NCBI GenBank assembly: GCA_963804085.1
Contig: CAWDOQ010000016.1
Span: 75,288 to 139,287 of the forward strand
From: Chlamydiia bacterium
GTDB taxonomy: Bacteria > Chlamydiota > Chlamydiia > Chlamydiales > Rhabdochlamydiaceae
DNA length: 64,000 nt
Reading direction: 5' to 3'
Within the stretch, counting starts at the first letter, position 1, and each line of letters begins with the position of its first letter. Shown here piece by piece: positions 1 through 9,426 of the stretch. Below the pieces are notes generated by a model. That model worked only from the letters and a program-made list of their open reading frames with translations, was not told where the DNA came from and did not search any database. The position numbers and the translations under genes were made by a program.

Positions 1-1879
1 CGCCTTGCACGGCAGGGCTGTTGAGCAGATAGAGGCGTACAGCATCTGCACCATACTGATTGAACATCACGTCAGGTTCCGGATAATTCTTTAGCCGCTT
101 GGACATCTTGTTGCCATCTTCGGCAAGCAGTATCCCGTTTACGACCACATTCTTGAAGGCGGGTTTATCGAAGAGCGCAACAGAGAGCACCGTAAGCGTA
201 TAGAACCAGCCACGCGTCTGATCGAGACCTTCTGCAATAAAGTCTGCCGGAAAGCCATCTTCCGTCTCTTTGCGATTTTCAAATGGATAGTGGTTTTGCG
301 CGTAAGGCATCGAGCCCGACTCAAACCAGCAGTCGAACACTTCGGGAATGCGTTTAAAAACAGTTCCATTCTCAGTAAAAGTGAGATCGTCGATGAAGTG
401 TCGGTGTAGATCGTCCAGTTTTTTCCCGATGCGATCTTCCAACTCTTTTTTCGAGGAGATGACGATACAATCGCCTCTCTCATTTCTCCAGATCGGGATC
501 GGCGTGCCCCAGTAGCGATTTCTGGAGATCGCCCAGTCGCGTGCATTTTCTAGCCACTTGCCAAAACGTCCATCTTTTATGTGCTCCGGCACCCAGTGAA
601 TCTCTGCGTTAGCGGATAAAAGCCTCTCTTTGATCTTCTCAACTGCAACAAACCAAGTTTTCACAGCTTTGTAGATGAGTGGCGTGTCCGAGCGCCAGCA
701 AAAGGGATAGCGGTGGCGGATCTGGCCGTGATGGAAAACCTTCTTTTCCGCTTTAAGACGCTTGATGATCTCCTTGTCTGCGTCTTTTACGAACATCCCC
801 TCGTAGTCGGGAACCTCGCGCGTGTATTTGCCGTTGTGATCGATTGGACAGACAACCTGAATCCCTTCGCGCGCGCAAACGTAAAAGTCGACCTCTCCAA
901 ATCCCGGAGCTGCATGTAAAACCCCCGTTCCCTCTTCGCTCGACACACACTCGTCTACGAGAATGTGGAACGCCTTTTTGTCTTTCATCGTTGCAAAATA
1001 GGAAAAGAGCGGCTCGTAGCGTTTACCCTTGAGAGACTCTCCCTTAAAACGTGCAAGAACTTCGTAGGAAGCCGGATCTGAAAAATAGGTGGCGAGACGC
1101 GAGGCTGCCAGGATGTAGATATTTCCTGTTTTAGCCTCTTTGATCTTCACATACTCCAGATCTCCACGGACGATTAGAGCCAAATTCATCGGAAGTGTCC
1201 AAGGAGTCGTCGTCCAGACAAGAAGCGTAGTGTCCGGCTCCTCTTGCAGTTGGAAGCGCACAGTTAAAGAGGGATCGTCTACATCTTTGTAGTTGAGATT
1301 CGCTTCAAAGTTAGAAAGAGGTGTGCCCAGCTGTGCAGAGAAGGGCATCACCTTAAACCCTTCGTAAACTAACCCGCGCGCATAGAGTTCGCCAAAGACC
1401 CACCAGACAGACTCCATGAAAGAGGTGTCCATCGTGTGCCAGGTGCGAGAAAAGTCGACCCAGCGCCCCATGCGATTGACTGTCCTCTCCCACTCCTGCG
1501 TGTAGCGAAGGACGATCTTGCGGCACTCCTCGTTAAACGCAGCTATTCCAAACGTCTCAATCGATGCTGCGCCCGAGAGCTCTTTTGCTTTTTCAATCTC
1601 ATTTTCTACGGGAAGACCGTGGCAGTCCCAGCCAAAACGGCGCGGCACATAAAAGCCCTGCATCGTGCGAAAACGCAAAACGACGTCCTTAATCGTGCCC
1701 GCTAAAATGTGACCGTAGTGAGGAAGCCCCGTTGCAAACGGAGGACCATCATAGAAGGAAAAGAGAGGCGAGCCTTTGCGTCCAAGAAGAGATTTTTGGA
1801 AGATCTCCTCCCGTTTCCAAAAGCTCAGAATGCGCTCTTCTCTTACAGAAAAACTCTCGTCTGTGTGTGTCTCAAACAT
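1..1879 (-). CDS. ileS: Isoleucyl-tRNA synthetase (type 2), 3' end beyond left edge of window
   Basis: Manual translation from ATG at 1879: FYDGPPFATGLPHYGH, GWDCHGLP, WTTTPWTL; KMSKR at ~95-109 is in the same frame. Missing from the ORF track because no stop falls in the window. Confidence 0.97.
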   Translation of the reverse strand, partial: MFETHTDESFSVREERILSFWKREEIFQKSLLGRKGSPLFSFYDGPPFATGLPHYGHILAGTIKDVVLRFRTMQGFYVPRRFGWDCHGLPVENEIEKAKELSGAASIETFGIAAFNEECRKIVLRYTQEWERTVNRMGRWVDFSRTWHTMDTSFMESVWWVFGELYARGLVYEGFKVMPFSAQLGTPLSNFEANLNYKDVDDPSLTVRFQLQEEPDTTLLVWTTTPWTLPMNLALIVRGDLEYVKIKEAKTGNIYILAASRLATYFSDPASYEVLARFKGESLKGKRYEPLFSYFATMKDKKAFHILVDECVSSEEGTGVLHAAPGFGEVDFYVCAREGIQVVCPIDHNGKYTREVPDYEGMFVKDADKEIIKRLKAEKKVFHHGQIRHRYPFCWRSDTPLIYKAVKTWFVAVEKIKERLLSANAEIHWVPEHIKDGRFGKWLENARDWAISRNRYWGTPIPIWRNERGDCIVISSKKELEDRIGKKLDDLHRHFIDDLTFTENGTVFKRIPEVFDCWFESGSMPYAQNHYPFENRKETEDGFPADFIAEGLDQTRGWFYTLTVLSVALFDKPAFKNVVVNGILLAEDGNKMSKRLKNYPEPDVMFNQYGADAVRLYLLNSPAVQG

Positions 1880-1914
1880 GCCTGCACATACTAACAAAAG
1901 TTAATAGATAAAAT

Positions 1915-2427
1915 CTAGCGAGCGTCGCCTAAAAAATTACGAATCCCCTCTTTGCTCTCCCATAAACAATCCGCAAGATTCTTGTAGACCCGGTCAGCCA
2001 AAGTGGGAGAAAAGAGCCCTAAAACACAAATACCTATGGAAGCTCCTGACATACCTGAAACTAGAAGCAGCTGCTTGGCTGTGAAATTGATCTTCGGATC
2101 CTTGCATAAACTCACTAAAGCCGAGAGAGCAAAAATAAGAGCTAAAATGCAATTGTGCACCAGGCAGACAAACGAGATAAACCCCGCCTCAAAATGGTGC
2201 GCACGCGAGGTTAGCAATGCCGGATCCCAGCCGCTTACCTCTCTACTTAAATAATCTTCATTTTTTTCGGAGACTCGAGACACTGTGTGTAGTGCGACAG
2301 AACCGATCATTTGATGTAAGGTTGCATTTTTAGCCTCTAGACTAGTCAGAGCTTTTTCGCCTAACTCCTCTACTTTTTTTAGTACTTGTGTAGCCGTGTC
2401 TACTACTCCTGGAACAGCCGTTGTCAT
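1915..2427 (-). CDS. Hypothetical protein with two closely spaced hydrophobic segments (Inc-like candidate)
   Basis: 170-aa ORF, GGAG RBS upstream, bilobed hydrophobic region in C-terminal half; no family recognised. Confidence 0.55.
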   Translation of the reverse strand: MTTAVPGVVDTATQVLKKVEELGEKALTSLEAKNATLHQMIGSVALHTVSRVSEKNEDYLSREVSGWDPALLTSRAHHFEAGFISFVCLVHNCILALIFALSALVSLCKDPKINFTAKQLLLVSGMSGASIGICVLGLFSPTLADRVYKNLADCLWESKEGIRNFLGDAR

Positions 2428-2529
2428 ATTTCCATCTCCTCATTGTAATTAATTAAGCTACAGAGCATTATAGGCAAAACTCTCATTTATTGAGAGAATT
2501 AAATTATTGCTTTTGTTATGTTAATTTGT

Positions 2530-2900
2530 GGGGGTGTAAAGGTTTCGACTTAGGGACAAAGTATCAGTGGCATGCGGAGGATGTCGGTTGGCCTCCTTAA
2601 TCATCCGATAAAAAAAGAATTGATACTAACGAAGAATATCAATTAGCTGCTTAAGACCTAACAGTCTTAAACGCTCGTGTAATCTAGTGCCTGACCAGGA
2701 GCGCTAGAACTACATGTCATCAACCCTGGTATGAACCTGCTCTGTCCTGCTTTTACAGAGTAGAATTCGAGACAGAAAAAGCAAGGCGGCCCGAAGTGGG
2801 GCGTCTTTCAGCACGGCCGCCTAAAACTACAAAGACGATAAGCATGTAGTCATTGATATAGAGTTTGCTAAGGACGAGAGTTCGATTCTCTCCACCTCCA
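2530..2900 (+). ncRNA. ssrA: tmRNA (SsrA); tag (A)DTNEEYQLAA* at 2622-2654
   Basis: 5' GGGGGTGTAAAGGTTTCGAC pairs with 3' CACCTCC-A giving a tRNA-Ala-like acceptor stem with G3.U wobble; T-arm GAGAG-TTCGATT-CTCTC; internal short ORF ending LAA-stop. CCA not encoded. Confidence 0.97.
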
Positions 2901-2901
2901 A
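2880..2901 (+). repeat. attL core (tmRNA 3' end)
   Basis: Identical to 13240-13261. Confidence 0.92.
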
Positions 2902-2939
2902 AATTCAGACTAAACCAAATCAAATAAGATTAAGATCAT

Positions 2940-2973
2940 AAGGGACTTACGGGAAACCGATAAGTCCCTTTTT
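2940..2973 (+). terminator. Intrinsic terminator after tmRNA, located inside the island
   Basis: AAGGGACTTA...TAAGTCCCTT stem followed by T run. Confidence 0.8.
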
Positions 2974-3003
2974 ATTTCTTTAAGCTACTTTTTTCCGGCC
3001 AAG

Positions 3004-3021
3004 TGCGTAAAATTTGCGTAA
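3004..3021 (+). promoter_or_regulatory. Putative integrase arm-type site (tandem TGCGTAA, 11-bp period)
   Basis: Same tandem pair recurs at 13162-13179 (+) and 11755-11772 (-). Confidence 0.6.
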
Positions 3022-3243
3022 TCGAAAACCCTTCGACTGGAGGGACTCATATCGCGTCCTCCTCTCTATCAATTTTTCAAAGAGGAACCATGTCCATAAA
3101 ACTGAATTTCAAACCGAAAACCCTTAAGTATGACCTAAATGCTAAGGATTACTCGCCGCTCATTCTGGGCGAGGCTACCGAACTCATCCCCGATATCGAA
3201 AAGTACCGAGAGAAATTTCCGAACAATTCAAACTGTTTTCTGT

Positions 3244-3843
3244 TTATGTGAAATTGGCATACCCTATGTAGATGGCTGTTGCAATCAATAATAAACCAGT
3301 CAAAAGATTAAATATGCGCAAACGAAACCGACTCTTTAATAACAAAGATAGTTTCTCCCCCAAAAATGCCCAAATAGCCAGTGAAATATAACAAATAAAA
3401 AAATAGATGCTAACGAATGTTAAAAAAGATCCGTAACTTTCTGGGTTAGAAAAGATTGAAACACCAGATACACATGCAATCCATGCTTTAGGATTTACCC
3501 ACTGAAGCACAAAGCCTTCATAAAATTTAGGGATATCCGTTTTTTTTACTTTTATTTCAGGATGTGAAGAAGCTATTTTATATCCCATATAAATAATATA
3601 TAAAACCCCCGCAACAGAAATGAAGGTGAGCAGAAATGGGTACGCTTCAATAAATTTTTTAAAAAAAAGTCCCACAAAAAGCAAGAGCAACGTAAAGCCT
3701 ATCGTTGCTCCTGATACATAAGGAATTGTTTTCTTTACGCCATAATCAACACCAGATGAAAGAATAATCATGTTCACGGGTCCTGGGGAAATTGACATTG
3801 CTAAAGAAAACGAAAACATTGCAAATATAAGGGAAAGGGACAT
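3244..3843 (-). CDS. LysE/RhtB family exporter
   Basis: SISPGPVN, YIIYMGYKI, GFVLQWVNPKAW motifs; six hydrophobic segments. Confidence 0.92.
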   Translation of the reverse strand: MSLSLIFAMFSFSLAMSISPGPVNMIILSSGVDYGVKKTIPYVSGATIGFTLLLLFVGLFFKKFIEAYPFLLTFISVAGVLYIIYMGYKIASSHPEIKVKKTDIPKFYEGFVLQWVNPKAWIACVSGVSIFSNPESYGSFLTFVSIYFFICYISLAIWAFLGEKLSLLLKSRFRLRIFNLLTGLLLIATAIYIGYANFT

Positions 3844-3964
3844 CAGTACTCCTACGTGTTTTCTTTTTCGACTTTGTGTAATTTGGTGATCAACTCGCTA
3901 CTAGAATCGAGGAGATCGGAAAAATGCAGGTCAGTCAAATCGAAAGCTATGATGAATGAATCAA

Positions 3965-4375
3965 TCATCTGAGCAACCCCAGCGAACCTGTATATTTATT
4001 GACGAGTTTGCGATTGCCATAAATGGCGATACCGTAATAGTTCAAGACCTCTTTTGCGCTCTTTTTCAGCTGCGCGGCATATTCCTCATAGGAAGCAGTG
4101 TTTGAAGTTGCGTCAATTAAATCTACCACTGTCAATTCTCCTTCATGAAGTTTAAGCCCCTCCCGAATTTCTTTGAGCTTGCCTGCTCCTTTTAAGACGG
4201 GCAGAGGTACAGTTGTGATCCCCTGATGCTCATGGCCCGAGCCATCCTCTAAATTGCGGCCGACTAAATCGGGGTGGAGCTTGCCAATACTCATCATTAG
4301 AACGGCGGCCGAATTCACCAACAGACCTAAGGACAGGTTCTCATCTAACACTATAACACATTTATTCTCCGACAT
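3965..4375 (-). CDS. DUF2000 family protein
   Basis: KCVIVLDENLSLGLLVNSAAVL...D.SG..H.GI...P.PVL...GIAIYG.RKLVNKYTGSLGLLR pattern. Confidence 0.85.
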   Translation of the reverse strand: MSENKCVIVLDENLSLGLLVNSAAVLMMSIGKLHPDLVGRNLEDGSGHEHQGITTVPLPVLKGAGKLKEIREGLKLHEGELTVVDLIDATSNTASYEEYAAQLKKSAKEVLNYYGIAIYGNRKLVNKYTGSLGLLR

Positions 4376-4465
4376 GCTTCCCCCTGTTTTTTCTCCACTC
4401 TACCATGTTGTAGATTAAGTGATAATATGCTATAACTTGAATTCACTGTTTTATGAGATCGATCA

Positions 4466-5338
4466 ATGTTTGATGAACTTAGGGCGATTGCCGTCTTCGC
4501 CAAAACTATTGAGACTGGCTCTTTTAGGGGATGCGCTAAAGCTTTAGGACTATCTCCTTCTGTAGTGAGCCATCACATTGCACAACTCGAGCACAAACTA
4601 GGTCTGACCCTTTTATATCGCTCCACGCGCAAAATGTCTTTAACAGCGGAAGGAGAACAGCTTTATGAAGCATCAAAAAAAATGCTAGAAGCTATCGAAT
4701 TTGGCCTCGACGCAATCTTACCAGCAGCAAAAAAGCCTTCTGGAACATTAAAAGTGACTATGCCTTCGATTCTGGTGCGCAGCGGCCTGATGCAGAAAAT
4801 TGCCCAGTTTTGTTGTGAGCTTCCGAATGTCAAACTTGATCTCAACTTTACCGATAAAACCGTTGATTTAATAGAAGAGAGGTTCGATATCGGAATTAGG
4901 ATTGGCACACTCAAAGAGAGCGGTTTAATGGCAAAAAAATTATTCTCCTTTGGCCGAAAGCTCGTCTGTTCCCCTTTGTTTTTTAAAAAACAGGCCAAGG
5001 CTAAAATACCTGAAGATCTGGGCACTTGGCGTTGGATCGGGACGAGATGCGCCCCTTTGTCGCGCCGGTTTAGAAACAGCGCAGGACAGAGTGTTGTTGT
5101 CGACTACCAACCGAATTTAATGTGCGATTCAGTGGATGCCGCCTACCAGCTTGCCGTTGCAGGGGTCGGTTTGAGTTCGCCTCCCGATTTCTTGGTTGAG
5201 AAAGATATCAAAGAAGGAAAACTCGTGGAAGTTCTTCCGGAATGGCAAATGGAGCCGTTGAATGTCTATGCAATCTGGCCCAAAAACCTCTTAAAAAACA
5301 ACCTAGCTTCCAGATTTAGATGCAGTCTTGCAAGCTAA
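4466..5338 (+). CDS. LysR family transcriptional regulator, divergent from DUF2000-lysE
   Basis: N-terminal HTH GSFRGCAKALGLSPSVVSHHIAQLE...LLYRSTRKMSLT; DLIEERFDIGIR substrate domain. Confidence 0.95.
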   Translation: MFDELRAIAVFAKTIETGSFRGCAKALGLSPSVVSHHIAQLEHKLGLTLLYRSTRKMSLTAEGEQLYEASKKMLEAIEFGLDAILPAAKKPSGTLKVTMPSILVRSGLMQKIAQFCCELPNVKLDLNFTDKTVDLIEERFDIGIRIGTLKESGLMAKKLFSFGRKLVCSPLFFKKQAKAKIPEDLGTWRWIGTRCAPLSRRFRNSAGQSVVVDYQPNLMCDSVDAAYQLAVAGVGLSSPPDFLVEKDIKEGKLVEVLPEWQMEPLNVYAIWPKNLLKNNLASRFRCSLAS

Positions 5339-5427
5339 TTCTGATCAATATGTCCTGTGTGCACCGCTTGTTATAAGAGCCGTATACCATCTTCTTCCAG
5401 GGGATTACAATGAATGGTGTTCTATGC

Positions 5428-5679
5428 TTAAGACTCTTGAAATTGAAATAATACATCTTTGCTAGTTTTGATGAGTTCCATTACCTCTTTATGCTTTGCC
5501 TTGGCTTCTTTGGTATAACCCCCATGCTTGATAACAGAGCGACGTGCCCTTTCTTTGCCTGCTTGAGATCTAGGCCCTCTAGAACGCCCACCGTGCATCC
5601 GACAGGTTGACTTCTTCCGGATAGCCCAATTTCGACATTGCCGTCTTGATCTTTTGCTGGTAGCTGTACACTGTCCCAT
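5428..5679 (-). CDS. HGGxSTG-domain small basic protein
   Basis: C-x10-C-x10-CRMHGGRSRGP...KHGGY pattern. Confidence 0.8.
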   Translation of the reverse strand: MGQCTATSKRSRRQCRNWAIRKKSTCRMHGGRSRGPRSQAGKERARRSVIKHGGYTKEAKAKHKEVMELIKTSKDVLFQFQES

Positions 5680-5691
5680 GATGCAAGGGGT

Positions 5692-6321
5692 TTAATCCAA
5701 GGATTTTTTCCCAATCCCTCCCCCAGCCGCCGAAACGTTCTGAGCAACAATTGCCTGCCCCTCATTGTAAACATGGACTACTTGCACGGTTTGTTGCCCC
5801 TTGGATCGATATTTCAACAGGGCTTGCATAGTCTGATTTGCCACGTTGAAGAGTTTGGTCGCTAAATTGATGTAGCGCTCTATATGGTAAAAACCCTCTT
5901 GAAAGTGAGCTTGGCGTAAGCAGTCCATAGCCGAGTTTTGCAAAGTCAAAAATTGTCCTGCAAGGAGTGCCTCAGTCTCATCTTGTGGCCTGAGCGTTGG
6001 AAGCAAAGAGGACATGCGTGTCAAGCGCTGTTCTTCCGTCGAGTCACACATACCACGGGATACTTGAGCAAGCAGAGCAACGGAATAGTTGAAATCACCA
6101 GTACCCGTTGTTTTTTTGAAAGCCTCAACAAACCGTCCCTTTGATTCGTGGGTCAGTCTCGTACCATCTGACAAAACTAAATCCAACTGCCCCTTGCTTG
6201 ATTTATCATCCGATCCTTTCTGAAATTTTAGGGATGGCCCTAACGGCTCTACACTCATCGGTAACTTTTGCGTAAGGTCAGCATTAACAACAGCCTTTTG
6301 CTCTTGTACATTCTCTTTCAT
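5692..6321 (-). CDS. Hypothetical protein immediately upstream of HGGxSTG gene
   Basis: 209-aa ORF; PQDETEALLAGQ and C-terminal KGQQTVQVVHV.NEGQAIV; 12-bp gap to the HGGxSTG gene. Confidence 0.7.
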   Translation of the reverse strand: MKENVQEQKAVVNADLTQKLPMSVEPLGPSLKFQKGSDDKSSKGQLDLVLSDGTRLTHESKGRFVEAFKKTTGTGDFNYSVALLAQVSRGMCDSTEEQRLTRMSSLLPTLRPQDETEALLAGQFLTLQNSAMDCLRQAHFQEGFYHIERYINLATKLFNVANQTMQALLKYRSKGQQTVQVVHVYNEGQAIVAQNVSAAGGGIGKKSLD

Positions 6322-6334
6322 ATTTTTCGCTCCC

Positions 6335-6577
6335 TCGGTAACGCTTCAAAGTTACCGCTTAACAGTTTCATAAATAATATATTACACATGTCGGTAGCTG
6401 GTAACATCAACTTACACCTGTTCTTTGCACAATGTGGCAGTAACCTTAACCCGCGCCTCCCTTTCGCTTTGCCACAGACATTCTCTGCTACCGCGCTACC
6501 GAAAAAACATAACAATCTAAAAAAACAATACATTACACCTAAAAATCAAGCGTTACTCTGGGGTAACATAGTAGCGC
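6335..6577. other. Putative element replication origin (iteron-like cluster)
   Basis: Clustered GGTAAC/GTTACC, GGTAGC/GCTACC and TTACAC hexamers in both orientations around an A-rich tract, directly downstream of the helicase gene. Confidence 0.5.
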
Positions 6578-8494
6578 TCACACTCCCAAAACCCGTTCCA
6601 CAGGAATCAAGACACACCGCTGATTGACACCGGCCATTTTCACCTGGGCACTCCCGACTGCTCCTTCGATCCTTGCTAAAGGACTTCGGATGTCCAAGAC
6701 AGCGTACTCCGTATCCTTGAGCAGATGCCTCGTCACACTCTCACATCGAAGTGCCAAAAAATCTTTCGATTTGTGCATTACGATTTTCAGTCCGTGCCGC
6801 TCTAATTCATCAACATAGCGCCCGGCTTTTTGTAGCATCTCCCCGACAGAAACCTTGTTGCCTTCGACATAAATAAGGCTCGCTAAAATCGTATCAAGGA
6901 GCTTATCACCGTCATCTTCTGATTGAAGGGTCGCCCATCTTGGAAAAATATCCTCTATTCCCTCAGGGGCCGCTATCGCTAACAGCGCAGAAGCATACAT
7001 GAAGTTTTCCACAGTACGAACCTCGATCCCCTGCTGCTCTTGTATGAATACCTGTCGATCTGCATTGATCTCTTGCGCCTTTGCCTCAATCTCAAGCCAC
7101 GCAAGAATCATTGTCACCACGATTTTGGCTGCAATAACAGCCCCTTCTCCAACACCAAATCGTTCAAGAGGAGGCGAAGCATTCGTCAGCTTTTTCAGCT
7201 CAAATTTGATCATCCTCGATTCCTGTGCTGCATCCTGCATGACCTTCTTAGGCAAATAGATCGACCCGAACCAAGGTATGTGATGCAAATGAAACCGATG
7301 TGCCTTATCAGACCCCGTGCCGCTGGTTTTTTGACCACCTCGGTTGAAGAGTTTAGCCAGCTCAAGGATGTCTGGAATATGCTTATGCTTCTCGAACTCG
7401 TCGAACACGGGAATGCGACCGCTGTTGCCGATGGTTTGGGCAGTAGCATGTGCCGTACTCTTATCCAAACGCTCAACTTGCCCGCCATAGATGCCCTGCA
7501 AAATGTCCTCGAAAAAAGTGGACTTGCCGGTTGACTTCGCCCCCGTTAGATAAATCCAAGGCCGCCAGGGCATGGCTTGTTGCATAATCGACAACATGAC
7601 AAAAGCCGTTACAAAGGCACTCATTGATGGGTCTAACCAATTCCACTGTTTTACCCTGGCATAAATAAGACTGAAAACGCTCTTTAGGTCGCTCTGCTCC
7701 ATTCGCATAGCCTCTTCAACTATTGACCAATTCAACCAAGACGCCCCTTCTGTTTCGATCAATTTACCTTCAAAGATAGGCTCTTCGAGATACTGCAACC
7801 GATTTCCTTCGACAATGGCAGCTTTCTTGCCAGAGATAATCAACCACCTCTTATTGATGTACCAAACACCCGCTTTCAAAGGCGCCTGATCGTCGATAAA
7901 TCCCTTCTTATGCGCCGTGTCGATCAGTTGGAGCTTGAGTGCCTTTTCTGCACCCTCCTCCCGAAACCATTCGGAATCGCCCCCAACGTAGAGCCGAAGT
8001 TCATCCTTGTTCAACCTCCCTGCAGGAAGCGCTATGAGACGTCCATCCTTCCAAATCAAAATCTCGCGTTGGGCATTATGGCCAAGGACATAGAAAGGTA
8101 GCTTGACCTCCGTCTCTTCAGCCATCTCAAGCAACCGCACACTATTCCGCAGCTCTATGATTTCTTCCATCAAAACACCCTGCTCTTTGTCGCGGACATC
8201 CAATTGTTCCGACCTCATTTTTACGTCAGGGTCTTCTAGAGAAAGTCCTCTTGCCTCCATCTCGCGTTCAAAGGCCGTGCGATCAACGAGCAAGGCGGTA
8301 GATTCAACGTAATGCCTCTTCTCCAAGATATCGATTTGCGTCCATACTTTGTCCGCTTGTTGACCTCTCTCATCCTTGCAAAAATAGTCATCCTGAAAAG
8401 ACGTTAAGGTAACACCAATGTGCTTCTCATTTAAAAATGCTTCAATCGTCTCTTTAGTCCTCGAGGGACAGCTCCACGCTCCTGCTGCCATCAT
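6578..8494 (-). CDS. Phage/satellite-type P-loop helicase (replication protein); true start may be ~8633 if a frameshift is corrected
   Basis: Walker A GAKSTGKST, Walker B PVFDEFE, QESR candidate arginine finger; upstream frame reads VKDDLKAAGCHW leading into AWSCP. Confidence 0.75.
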   Translation of the reverse strand: MMAAGAWSCPSRTKETIEAFLNEKHIGVTLTSFQDDYFCKDERGQQADKVWTQIDILEKRHYVESTALLVDRTAFEREMEARGLSLEDPDVKMRSEQLDVRDKEQGVLMEEIIELRNSVRLLEMAEETEVKLPFYVLGHNAQREILIWKDGRLIALPAGRLNKDELRLYVGGDSEWFREEGAEKALKLQLIDTAHKKGFIDDQAPLKAGVWYINKRWLIISGKKAAIVEGNRLQYLEEPIFEGKLIETEGASWLNWSIVEEAMRMEQSDLKSVFSLIYARVKQWNWLDPSMSAFVTAFVMLSIMQQAMPWRPWIYLTGAKSTGKSTFFEDILQGIYGGQVERLDKSTAHATAQTIGNSGRIPVFDEFEKHKHIPDILELAKLFNRGGQKTSGTGSDKAHRFHLHHIPWFGSIYLPKKVMQDAAQESRMIKFELKKLTNASPPLERFGVGEGAVIAAKIVVTMILAWLEIEAKAQEINADRQVFIQEQQGIEVRTVENFMYASALLAIAAPEGIEDIFPRWATLQSEDDGDKLLDTILASLIYVEGNKVSVGEMLQKAGRYVDELERHGLKIVMHKSKDFLALRCESVTRHLLKDTEYAVLDIRSPLARIEGAVGSAQVKMAGVNQRCVLIPVERVLGV

Positions 8495-8800
8495 GCCAAT
8501 GACAACCGGCCGCCTTTAAATCATCCTTTACCACCTTTAAAGCCTTCACTGCCCCTTTCTTAGGTTGGATCAAAAAGGCCTTTGCCGATATTGGGTCTGG
8601 TGGTGTATCCGTAGGTGTAGTATTATTGGTCATTAAAAATCTCGTTCTTGTGGTTGATAAAAGTCCCTCCCAAGTTGACGCTTGGGAGGAACAAGGCTTA
8701 AAGTCCTAAGATTTCAGCCACTTTGCGCGCTTCAGTTTCGTACTTTTCTGGGCACTGACTGAGGCGCTTTTTTTGCCATTCGTATTCGATCCAGACACTT

Positions 8801-9124
8801 TTACGAGTGCTGTGCACAACCCGATTGTATCTTGATCTTTCCTGACATTTCCTTAGCATCCTCTACCTCCTTTATGGGCATATTGGTTTTGAGTTGAGAA
8901 AGACGAGCCAAACAGGCATCCCATGCAACCTGATCGATAAGAACCCGTCTGTGATATCTGAGAATAGCGGAGGCAAAAGGACTTTGCGCCCCTTGTTGAA
9001 CGATGGCACGCACTGCGTGCTCGCTAGAAGGCCATGCCCCCGTCTCACGGTTTTTTTGGCAAAACTCGCGTACAGTGCGAACGATTTTGTTATTGGTAAT
9101 TTCTAATGTTTGAATTGTTGTCAT
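8801..9124 (-). CDS. Small DNA-binding protein, excisionase/AlpA-like
   Basis: AVRAIV...ILRYHRRVLIDQVAW winged-helix-like pattern; lies between integrase and helicase; AAGGAG RBS. Confidence 0.55.
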   Translation of the reverse strand: MTTIQTLEITNNKIVRTVREFCQKNRETGAWPSSEHAVRAIVQQGAQSPFASAILRYHRRVLIDQVAWDACLARLSQLKTNMPIKEVEDAKEMSGKIKIQSGCAQHS

Positions 9125-9426
9125 TACACGCTCCTTTATTTGATTTTTCCGCGTATGCCCTCATTTTACTTATTTTAGGCCAGCGGCAAAGGAGTCGTCT
9201 AAAAATAGACGTTTAAATAGGAGGGGATTGCATAGAGAGGAAAATTTTTATAAAAAATCCCCTCTTCTAAATTTAAACACCCCCCTCTTCGATAGAATAG
9301 CCTTTCTTGAAGCCTAGGCAACGACCGTTTTCCCAATGACGAGGATCGGTTGCTTTGGCCGCTTTAGCATAACGAGAAGACACATCACGGTACAAGTCGA
9401 ATACCACGAGCTTTAACCTCTTTATT

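Noticed and set aside
139..1894. Short ORFs in the track overlapping 1-1.9 kb
   Set aside because: Shadow frames of ileS, which is open from 1879 to the window edge.
3003..3251. 82-aa ORF at the island left end
   Set aside because: Overlaps the putative arm sites, has no recognisable motif, and may be a fragment.
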